A stretch of DNA of 43,416 bases from assembly GCA_041611735.1 (NCBI GenBank), contig JBFIML010000038.1, forward strand, positions 1-43,416. The letters are read 5' to 3'. Origin of the DNA: Myxococcota bacterium (GTDB lineage: Bacteria > Myxococcota_A > UBA9160 > PR03). The position numbers and the translations under genes were made by a program. The notes under the pieces were generated by a model. That model did no database searches and was not told where the DNA came from. It was given only the letters and a program-made list of their open reading frames with translations. The stretch's first letter is position 1. Every line of letters begins with the position of its first letter. Below are positions 8,368 through 16,165 of this stretch, piece after piece.

Positions 8368-9088
8368 GCAGGCGCCCGGCGCGCAGCACCTGGCGGGCCC
8401 GCTCGGCGCCCGCGCACAGCAGCAGATCCAGGGCCGAGAGGTGGGAGAGGAAGGGGCCGTGGAGCTGGGGGTAGCGAGGGTGCAGGTAGTCGTGGAACAC
8501 GACCCGCAGGCCTGCCGACTCGAACAGCGCCACGTCGAGGTAGGAACGCCCGGTGGCGCCCTCCAGGAGCTCGCTGGCTCCCAGCGCCTCCAGGTAGGCC
8601 CGGATGCGCCAGCTGGGGCCCGGCCGTTCCGGAAAGCGCTCGCGGTAGCGGGCCTCGAGACCGAGCTCCGAGGAGACCAGGATCGGCGTCGTCACGCCGA
8701 GCCGCCCCGCGAGGAAGCGGATCGTGGCCAGCGCGCTGCCGGCCAGGGTGTCCGGGGCCGCTCCGAGCGCGGTGGCCAGCTCGGCCAGTGTCGCCTCCAC
8801 GTCCACGCCGTCCGCGTACAGGTGCCGCAGCGTGGCCCCGTGCTTGCGCCGCCAGGGCACCCGCGGATCGAGGGCGACCGCGTCGATCGGCGCACCGGAG
8901 CGCCCGCGGACCGGCAGCGTGAGCCACACCGGCCCGTACGGACCCTTCACGCGGTTGCGGCGCGTCCATCCCGAGGCGGTGTAGGGCAGCTCGTCGGCGA
9001 CCAGGAAGGCGTCCACCCGACGCATCTGGTCGAAGTATCCCAGCCAGGGCAGGTATCCCGGCTGGATGCCGGCGATCCGGAGACCCAC
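8354..9088 (-). CDS. WbqC-like family protein (putative amino-sugar N-acyl/glycyl transferase)
   Basis: N-terminal QPGYLPWLGYF...W..RNR and C-terminal YPQ..GPF...LSALDLL, which are typical of WbqC. Confidence 0.88.
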   Translation of the reverse strand: MGLRIAGIQPGYLPWLGYFDQMRRVDAFLVADELPYTASGWTRRNRVKGPYGPVWLTLPVRGRSGAPIDAVALDPRVPWRRKHGATLRHLYADGVDVEATLAELATALGAAPDTLAGSALATIRFLAGRLGVTTPILVSSELGLEARYRERFPERPGPSWRIRAYLEALGASELLEGATGRSYLDVALFESAGLRVVFHDYLHPRYPQLHGPFLSHLSALDLLLCAGAERARQVLRAGRLRDDA

Positions 9089-9106
9089 GGGGATATACTA
9101 CAAGAC
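9089..9106. promoter_or_regulatory. Overlapping divergent -10 elements (bidirectional, leaderless)
   Basis: 18-bp intergenic gap. TATACT (+, 9094-9099) lies 7 nt before ATG 9107, and TAGTAT (-, 9100-9095) lies 6 nt before GTG 9088. No RBS on either side. Confidence 0.6.
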
Positions 9107-10015
9107 ATGCGCCGTCCCCGGCGGTTTCCCCGTCGCCTGAACGTGGAGCTCACCAACCACTGCAACCAGCGCTGTCGGCTGTGCCCGCGGCTCGGCTTCA
9201 CGCGCCCCCTGGGCTTCCTGGACGAGGGCCTCTTCCGGCGCATCGCCCTGGAGTGCGCCGGCCATCCGACGGCCCTGTGGCTGCACTTCCTGGGCGAGTC
9301 CCTGCTGCACCCGGGCCTCGTGCCCATGATCCGCTTCGCCAAGCAGGCCGGCGTCGACCAGGTGGGCCTCTCCACCAACGCCGTATCCCTGCACGGCGAG
9401 CGCGCGGAGGCGCTGCTCACCTCGCGCCTCGATCGGCTCGAGTGCTCCATGGATGCCCTCGACCGCGCGACCTACCGGGCCCTGCGAGGCCGCGATCACT
9501 TCCAGCGGGTGGTCCGCAACGTGGAGGGCTTCCTGGCGCGCAAGCGCCAGCTCGGCCTCCGCAAGCCCGTCACCTCGATCCAGTTCATGCGCACCCCGGA
9601 GGCGGAGCGCTCCCTCGACGCGATCGTCGCGCGCTGGAAGCCCTTCCTGGCCGGAGACGACTTCGTGATGACCATCGAGCCGACGGGCTTCGACGGGGCC
9701 ATTCCCACCCCCGCCCCTCCGCCCGCCCGCGACACCGCCCGCCGCCCGCCCTGTGGGTGGCTCTTCGAGGCCCTAGTGGTGCTGCAGGACGGCACCGTCA
9801 CCATGTGCGGGACCGACTGGGACGCCCGGCTGCCGCTCGGCAACCTGCGCGACGCCAGCATCGAGGCAATCTGGAACGGGGCGGAGCTCGAGCGACGTCG
9901 CAAGGCGCACCGGGAAGGCCGCTTCGCGGAGCTCTCCCTGTGCCACCGCTGCGAGGACTGGCGCCTGGCGGACGGGAGCGGCTACCGCAACGTCCTGCGC
10001 TCGCAGGCGCCGTAG
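9107..10015 (+). CDS. Radical SAM protein with SPASM/twitch domain
   Basis: ELTNHCNQRCRLC (CxxxCxxC), GESLLHP, and C-terminal C...DGTVTMC..D...GN...IWNG...CHRC. Start placed at ATG 9107. Confidence 0.92.
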   Translation: MRRPRRFPRRLNVELTNHCNQRCRLCPRLGFTRPLGFLDEGLFRRIALECAGHPTALWLHFLGESLLHPGLVPMIRFAKQAGVDQVGLSTNAVSLHGERAEALLTSRLDRLECSMDALDRATYRALRGRDHFQRVVRNVEGFLARKRQLGLRKPVTSIQFMRTPEAERSLDAIVARWKPFLAGDDFVMTIEPTGFDGAIPTPAPPPARDTARRPPCGWLFEALVVLQDGTVTMCGTDWDARLPLGNLRDASIEAIWNGAELERRRKAHREGRFAELSLCHRCEDWRLADGSGYRNVLRSQAP

Positions 10016-10040
10016 CGTCGACGGCCCGAACCCGGGGACC

Positions 10041-11114
10041 CTAGGACGCCCGCTTCAGCTCGTCGAACTCCAGGGGGGTCATTCCGGGTGCCGGGGCGGC
10101 GGCGTCCGCGTAGGCGCGCCCGATCACGCGCTTCATGTAGGCGCGCATGCGTACGGAGACGTCCAGCTCGTCCACGTACGAGAGGTTCTGCTTCAGGTAG
10201 TAGTGGCGTCCCGCCCGCACCAGGGGGGGGTCCTCGCGCTGATTCACGCGGTCACGCCACTGGAAGTAGGCCTGCCTCGCCCGCTCCCTCGGCACGCCGC
10301 ACAGCTCGAGGGTCCGAATGCGCGTCTCGCGCTGTCGGGCGCCGTCCCGGGCATGCCGCCCGATGAAGAGCCCCGCCGCGAAGCGGGCGTAGGCCAGGCA
10401 GGCCAGGTTGCGGGCCGTGCGCGAGCGCATGGCCACCAGCGCCGCCTTGCCCGTGGCCCGGGACATCTGCATGTGCCGCGCCTCGTCGATGGCGTGGTTC
10501 TTGAGCAGCGTGCGAACCACCGGGTGCATCTTCGGCTCCGCGATCGTGCAGCGCTCCACCGTCTTCTGGTTCACGTTCAGCGGGAAGCGGGTGAAGTAGT
10601 AGAAGAGGAAGTCGCGCCGCAGCCACCCCAGCAGGGAGTGGGCCATCACGAAGCGCGCGGCCAGCTCGAGGGAGGGGTTGGCAGCGCGCAGGTCGTCGAA
10701 GGCGAGACCGTAGTGAGACAGGATCTTGCGGATCACGATCAGGAACGACTCGATGTGCGTGGTCTCCTCCACCACCTCCCGGGCCATGTAGAGGGCCACG
10801 TCCGGATCGGACTGGATCAGCGTGCGCAGGGCAGCCTCGTAGTTGAGGACGTTCGTCGCAGCCTCGGCCACGGCGGTGGAGAAATAGCTCTGGCAGAAGC
10901 TCAGACGGTTGAGCCGCAGGCGCTGCTCGGGCGCCATGGCCTCCCAGACCGGCTCGCCGTGGAACCAGGTCATCTCCAGCGGAAAGAAGTGGTGGTCCTC
11001 CATGTGGTCGGGGTCGAAGCTCTGCGCCACGTCGAGGAAGTGCGCGCGCATGTGCGGCGCGTCCTTGTCGCTCACCCTCTGCAGTCTGCGCACGAATTCG
11101 AAGCCCGTGGGCAT
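10041..11114 (-). CDS. Ferritin-like dimetal-carboxylate enzyme, AurF/CylC superfamily (CylC halogenase-like)
   Basis: AEAAT, EVVEETTH and HAIDEARH metal-ligand motifs, plus RFPLNVNQK in helix 3. AGGAGA RBS. The superfamily call is firm; the subfamily is tentative. Confidence 0.78.
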   Translation of the reverse strand: MPTGFEFVRRLQRVSDKDAPHMRAHFLDVAQSFDPDHMEDHHFFPLEMTWFHGEPVWEAMAPEQRLRLNRLSFCQSYFSTAVAEAATNVLNYEAALRTLIQSDPDVALYMAREVVEETTHIESFLIVIRKILSHYGLAFDDLRAANPSLELAARFVMAHSLLGWLRRDFLFYYFTRFPLNVNQKTVERCTIAEPKMHPVVRTLLKNHAIDEARHMQMSRATGKAALVAMRSRTARNLACLAYARFAAGLFIGRHARDGARQRETRIRTLELCGVPRERARQAYFQWRDRVNQREDPPLVRAGRHYYLKQNLSYVDELDVSVRMRAYMKRVIGRAYADAAAPAPGMTPLEFDELKRAS

Positions 11115-11151
11115 CGACCGTCTCCTCGCCCCGGGAAGACGCTGTATGGTA

Positions 11152-12090
11152 TCACGCGGGCCGACGCGCGAGAGCCGCCAGGTTGGGAGCGAGCTGCAAC
11201 CGCCCGCGGCTCACGGCGGCGGCGGCTCGCCCCGCGGCGTAGGCGCACCCGTCCACCACGGCGTTGAACGCCGTTCCCCGTCGCGGCATGGGGTCCGGAA
11301 GCAGGCACACCTCCGCGAAGCCCACCTGCTCCAACGCCCGCCGCAGGGTGCCGCCGGAGAAGCCGAACAGGTGGCCCGGGGGATCGATCACGTGGAAGAG
11401 GTTCGCCTCGTCCATGATCTCGCGACGCAGCGCCCGCACCAGGGTCCGCACCGGCCCGAGGCCCTCCAGGCGACGGGCCAGGAAGAAGAGGGCCAGGAGC
11501 TGGACGTTCGGGACCCGCACCAGCAACCAGCCGCCGGGCCGCAGCGCGCGATGGGCGAGCGCGAGCACGCCCACGGGATCCCCCACGTGCTCCAGCACCG
11601 AGAAGGCCGTGACCGCACCGAAGTGGCGCTCCGGCAGCTCCACCTGGGGCGCGCGGCCGGCGTAGCAGGCGATGTTCTTCTCGCGCAGCCGTCGGCTCGC
11701 CGCCTCCGACGGCTCCACGGCGGCCACCTCCCAGCCGCGCTCCCGCATCCGCTCCAGAAAGTGGCCGAAGCCCGTCCCCAGGTCCAGGACCCGCCGCGGC
11801 GCCCCGACGCGAGCCTCCAGGCGAAGCGCATCGCGTTGGAAGAGGGGCTCCATGAGCCGCTGCCAGTGCGGCTCGCTCTCCTCCGGGAAATAGTCGGCGT
11901 AGAAGCGGACCAGCTCCTCGGGCGTGGGACGGGGCGTCACGTACACGAGGCTGCAGCCCCGGCAGCGGACGACCCCGAGGCCGTTCTCCGTGGCAAGGGC
12001 CCGGCTCTCCCGGGCACCGCACAGATTGCACGGGACGGATACGAGACGCCGACCCTCCGGCGACCAGGTCCGGCGCTCGATTTGGGTCAC
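11152..12090 (-). CDS. Class I SAM-dependent methyltransferase with N-terminal Zn-ribbon
   Basis: CNLC...CRGC, VLDLGTGFG, VLEHV.DP and LRPGG motifs. GTG 12090 in a GTGA overlap. Confidence 0.88.
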   Translation of the reverse strand: MTQIERRTWSPEGRRLVSVPCNLCGARESRALATENGLGVVRCRGCSLVYVTPRPTPEELVRFYADYFPEESEPHWQRLMEPLFQRDALRLEARVGAPRRVLDLGTGFGHFLERMRERGWEVAAVEPSEAASRRLREKNIACYAGRAPQVELPERHFGAVTAFSVLEHVGDPVGVLALAHRALRPGGWLLVRVPNVQLLALFFLARRLEGLGPVRTLVRALRREIMDEANLFHVIDPPGHLFGFSGGTLRRALEQVGFAEVCLLPDPMPRRGTAFNAVVDGCAYAAGRAAAAVSRGRLQLAPNLAALARRPA

Positions 12091-12848
12091 GCGCCGCGCC
12101 AGTGGCCCGGGCGCGGCAGGGCCAGAGGGCCGCGGAACACGAGGCCGAGGGCCCGGTGGACGGGCCCGACCCCCCGGCGCGGCAGGCGCGAGAGCAGCCC
12201 GAAGCGGGTCTCGAGCCAGCGCAGGGCGATGGCTGCGCGCACCTCGCCGCAGATGCGGCGACGCTGCGGCCAGTACTCGGGCTTCATCACGTCCACCACC
12301 AGGACGACGCGGAGCGCGTCCGTCGCGTTCCAGGCGGAGTGCTCGTGGGCGTCGCAGAAGGCGAAGGCCCTCCCCTCCCTCCAGCCGCGCCGCTCGCCGC
12401 CGACCTGGATGCCGCAGTCGTCCACGTCTCCGGGGACGATGAGTCCGAGATGGGTGCGCTGAACCGTGTTCGAATCGCCCGCATGGGGCGGGATGCGGCT
12501 GTGCGGCTCGAGCACGTTCACGAAGGCGGAGGACACGCGCGGGATCGAAGCGAGCACCCGCATGGTGATCGGAAAACGGCGCATGTTGCGGGGACGCGGA
12601 CGCAGATAGGTCTGGAAGTTCACGCTCCGCCAGCCCGTCACGTGGAATCCGTAGGGGTCGAAGTTCGGGCGGAACGGGTCCGGCCCCCGCAGCTGCGCCT
12701 CCACCTCCCAGCGGATCTCCTTCCAGCCGGCCTCGAGGGTCGCGATCCAGGGGCACGTCTCCGGCGGGTAGAAGCGCGGCTCCCGACCCCGGTACGGGCC
12801 GTAGATCGGGTGGAAGGCAGGCTCCGGCGACGGAGCGGGTCCAGGCAT
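12087..12848 (-). CDS. Aspartyl/asparaginyl beta-hydroxylase family (LpxO/OlsC-like) Fe/2OG dioxygenase
   Basis: LEPHSRIPPHAG, HLGLIVP, WREG..F.FCDAHEHSAWN and RVVLVVDV motifs. This is the 3' part of shadow ORF 12087..16301. Confidence 0.87.
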   Translation of the reverse strand: MPGPAPSPEPAFHPIYGPYRGREPRFYPPETCPWIATLEAGWKEIRWEVEAQLRGPDPFRPNFDPYGFHVTGWRSVNFQTYLRPRPRNMRRFPITMRVLASIPRVSSAFVNVLEPHSRIPPHAGDSNTVQRTHLGLIVPGDVDDCGIQVGGERRGWREGRAFAFCDAHEHSAWNATDALRVVLVVDVMKPEYWPQRRRICGEVRAAIALRWLETRFGLLSRLPRRGVGPVHRALGLVFRGPLALPRPGHWRGA

Positions 12849-12859
12849 GCCTCGCCAGG

Positions 12860-14965
12860 TTACCCCGGAGCGCCCCGCTGCAGCGAAGCGTGGGCTCCCG
12901 GGAGGCATCCCTGGGCCGTCCACTGGGACGCTGGAAGAGCCGGCGTCCAGCCCGCGCCCGCGGGCGACGCGGCCAGGACGCGCGAGATGCCGGCGGCGTC
13001 CCGGATCTCGTAGAGCGCCGCGCCCGGCCAGCGGGCGCACACGCGGCCGGCGACGTCGGCGTCGTGCTGCAGGGCCGGACTCCAGAGGAAGAGCCGGGTG
13101 GGCGACTCGGGCGCGGCGTCCAGGCTCGCCGGTCCCTCCCAGGCCGCCACCGGAAGCGGCGTGGCCGGGACCTGGCTCGCGATGCGTCTCGCATGCAGCC
13201 AGCGCAGGTCGGCGCCCGGCGGACCACCGTGGTAGGGCGCGTCGGCGTGGGCCAGCAGGACGGCGTCTGCGGGAGCGCCGTCCAGGGCGCGCAGGGCGAG
13301 CCCCAGCCAGGAACGGGCCAGGATGCGGGGGTTCACCGCATCGAAGAGCGCGGTGCCGCCCGCCGCCACCAGGACCACCGTCACGACCGCGAGCGTGGCG
13401 GGACGCACCCGCGGCAGGGCGTGGCGACGCAAGGCCTCCAGGCCCACCACCGCCAGCAGCGCCAGGGGCACCGGAGTCACGAAGAGCCGGGTGAGGGAGG
13501 GGCGGTCGTAGCTCGAAAGCGCCCCGGGCAGCAGAGCGGCCAGGAACGCGGCGAGCAGCAGCCCCTGCGGGCCGCGTCGCGCGTGCCGCACGCACACCGC
13601 CAGGCCGGCGGCGGCGAGGGCAGCGCCCAGGGGATCGAAGAGCGCGTCGCCCCACAGGCGCAGGGGTGTGCGCGGAATGGCGAACGGCGCCAGCGCTGTG
13701 CCAAGGACGAGATCGCGCAGCAAAGGCTCGCCCGCACCCCAGAAGCGCAGGGCGTCGGCGGGGGGGAGCTGACCGAGGGCCGCGAGCTCGAGCCCGGACC
13801 ACAGGCCCCCGCTGAAGACGTAGACGTCCGCCGTGGACCGGAGCCCCGCCAGCACGGCGGGAAGGGCCGGCAGCACCGCGGCCACCAGCGAGAGGCAGGC
13901 GGTGGCGAAGACGATTGCCGACGGCCGCGGCCGGCGCAGGCTGGATGCCAGGGCGGCGAGGCCCACCGCTGCGGCAACCGGCGCGATGGGCGGCATCAGG
14001 ATCGCCGTGCCTCCCAGGCCGCCGAGCGCCGCCAGGGCGGCGGGCGAGCGTCGTCGGTGGTGCGCCTCGAGCAGCAGCAGGAGCGCCACCGCGACCAACG
14101 GCCCCAGGAAGAAGGGCGAGGGGTTGAGCGGCAGGAACAGCACGAAGGGAGAGAACAGGAACACGGCGCTGGCCACGGGGGCGGCGGTCGCTCCGACCAG
14201 TCGCGCCGCCAGGCGCCCCACCCCCAGCCCGGCCACGGCGGTCCACATCAGGTGCAGGACCTGGAGACGCGCGAAGCTCGGGGCCACCCGCTCGGCGCCG
14301 AACAGCGGGACGCCCTGGAAGAAGAGGTAGGTGCCCGGGAAGCCGGGCAGGAAGCCCTGGGTCAGCAGGTTGGCGGACCCGGTCGCGGCGGCCACCACGT
14401 ATTCGAAGCCGAACCAGGTGTCGACCACGTCTGCCGCCTCGGGTGCGTGGACCGCGAGCACTCCACGCCACACCGCCCAGATCGCCACCAGTGGCAGCGT
14501 CCAGGCCAGCTCGCCCCCGTGCTCCCGCCGGGCGCCGCCCGGACGGCGGGCGGCCAGCAGGATCAGCGCCGGTACCGCCAGCGTCAGCACGTAGAGCAGC
14601 TGGCCTGCCCGATCCAGCCGAGCGGCCCACAGGCTCGCCATCGCGTGCCCCGTCGCCACGCCGAGGGCGACCGCAGGCGCTTGAGCCCAGCGCAGGGGGG
14701 ACGGGCTCGGGGCGCCCAGCGGGAGCAGCACGGTGCGTCGCACCAGCAGGGCGACCGCGGCGGCCCCGACGGCCAGGGCGAACAGGCGGCCCCCCACCCA
14801 GCCCTCCGGCACGCCCGGGAGGACCCGTGCCAGCCAGGGAGCGTCGGGCGCCACGGGCGCGGGAGCCACGGCCGCGGGGGGGGCCAGGAGCGGAATCGCG
14901 TAGGCCGCCAACGCGATCCCGGCGAGCAGCCACAGCCCTCGACGCACGCGACCCCCCGTCCTCAC
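12860..14965 (-). CDS. Polytopic membrane protein, probable GT-C (ArnT/PMT-like) glycosyltransferase
   Basis: More than 10 hydrophobic segments, an acidic loop (ADVVDTW) after an early TM, a late RP...R loop and a soluble C-terminal domain. It sits in a glycosylation locus. Confidence 0.55.
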   Translation of the reverse strand: MRTGGRVRRGLWLLAGIALAAYAIPLLAPPAAVAPAPVAPDAPWLARVLPGVPEGWVGGRLFALAVGAAAVALLVRRTVLLPLGAPSPSPLRWAQAPAVALGVATGHAMASLWAARLDRAGQLLYVLTLAVPALILLAARRPGGARREHGGELAWTLPLVAIWAVWRGVLAVHAPEAADVVDTWFGFEYVVAAATGSANLLTQGFLPGFPGTYLFFQGVPLFGAERVAPSFARLQVLHLMWTAVAGLGVGRLAARLVGATAAPVASAVFLFSPFVLFLPLNPSPFFLGPLVAVALLLLLEAHHRRRSPAALAALGGLGGTAILMPPIAPVAAAVGLAALASSLRRPRPSAIVFATACLSLVAAVLPALPAVLAGLRSTADVYVFSGGLWSGLELAALGQLPPADALRFWGAGEPLLRDLVLGTALAPFAIPRTPLRLWGDALFDPLGAALAAAGLAVCVRHARRGPQGLLLAAFLAALLPGALSSYDRPSLTRLFVTPVPLALLAVVGLEALRRHALPRVRPATLAVVTVVLVAAGGTALFDAVNPRILARSWLGLALRALDGAPADAVLLAHADAPYHGGPPGADLRWLHARRIASQVPATPLPVAAWEGPASLDAAPESPTRLFLWSPALQHDADVAGRVCARWPGAALYEIRDAAGISRVLAASPAGAGWTPALPASQWTAQGCLPGAHASLQRGAPG

Positions 14966-15059
14966 AGGATGCGGCCGAGCATACCGGCGCCGCGAAGCAT
15001 CGGGCTATGCTGGTGCGCCGGGGCAGAGGCGGACGGGCGCATCGGCGGACGGAACCAGC

Positions 15060-16145
15060 GTGGAAGAGTCCCAGGCCTCCCGGCGCGCATCCCGACGGCC
15101 CGTGCCCGCCGCGCCGCGCCCGCGCACCCTGCTCGTCACCGGCGGCGCCGGCTTCATGGGCTCCCGCTTCGTGACCCACCACCTGGCGACGCGACCCGAC
15201 GACCGGGTGATCGTGCTGGACGCCCTGACCTACGCCGGCCGCATCGAGACGCTTCCCACCGAGGTGCGCGACTCCGAGCGCTTCGAGTTCGTGCACGGCA
15301 ACGTACGCAGCCCGCTGGTGGTGGAGGAGCTGCTGGAACGGGCGGACGCCGTGGTGCACTTCGCCGCCGAGACCCACGTCCCGCGCAGCCTCTCCGACGA
15401 TACGATCTTCCTCGAGACCGACGTGCTGGGGACCCAGACGCTGGCCGCGGCCGCGGTGCGTCGGGGCGGCATCGAGCGCTTCGTCCACATCTCGACCTCC
15501 GAGGTGTACGGCTCGGCCATCACGGCCGCCATCGACGAGACGCATCCCCTGCTCCCCCGCACGCCCTACGCCGCGGCCAAGTGCGGGGCGGACCGCCTGG
15601 TCCACGCCTACGCCTGCACCTGGGACCTGCCGGTGGTGCTGCTGCGGCCCTTCAACAACTACGGGCCGGCCCAGCACCTGGAGAAGCTGGTTCCCCGCCT
15701 GGTGACCAGCGCCCTGCTGGGCGAGCCGCTCACGATCCACGGTGACGGCAAGGCCGCCCGCGACTGGGTGCACGTGAGCGACACCTGCCGCGCGGTGGAG
15801 GCGGTGCTCGACGCCCCTCTCGAAGAGGTCCGGGGCGAGGTCTTCAACGTGGGCACGGGCACGATGACCGACGTGCTCAGCCTGGCCCGCCGGGTGCTCC
15901 AGCTCACCGGGGGCTCCGAGCGCCAGCTGCTCCACACCCCGGACCGTCCCGGCCAGGTGGAGCACCAGTGCTGCGCGCCGGACAAGGCCGCCTCGCGCCT
16001 CGGCTTCCGGGCCCGGGTGGATCTCGCTCGCGGCCTGGAGCAGACGGTGGCCTGGTACGCGGCGCACCGCGATTGGTGGGAGGGACTGCGCTGGATGCGA
16101 TCCGTGCCCGTGGTCGGAAAGGACGGCAGCATCCGGCGCTGGTGA
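15060..16145 (+). CDS. NDP-sugar 4,6-dehydratase (RmlB-like extended SDR)
   Basis: VTGGAGFMGS, DALTYAG, HFAAETHV, HISTSEVYG, YAAAK, NNYGP.Q..EKL.P and RDW motifs. Confidence 0.88.
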   Translation: MEESQASRRASRRPVPAAPRPRTLLVTGGAGFMGSRFVTHHLATRPDDRVIVLDALTYAGRIETLPTEVRDSERFEFVHGNVRSPLVVEELLERADAVVHFAAETHVPRSLSDDTIFLETDVLGTQTLAAAAVRRGGIERFVHISTSEVYGSAITAAIDETHPLLPRTPYAAAKCGADRLVHAYACTWDLPVVLLRPFNNYGPAQHLEKLVPRLVTSALLGEPLTIHGDGKAARDWVHVSDTCRAVEAVLDAPLEEVRGEVFNVGTGTMTDVLSLARRVLQLTGGSERQLLHTPDRPGQVEHQCCAPDKAASRLGFRARVDLARGLEQTVAWYAAHRDWWEGLRWMRSVPVVGKDGSIRRW

Positions 16146-16165
16146 CGAGACGCCTGCCCCCGGGA

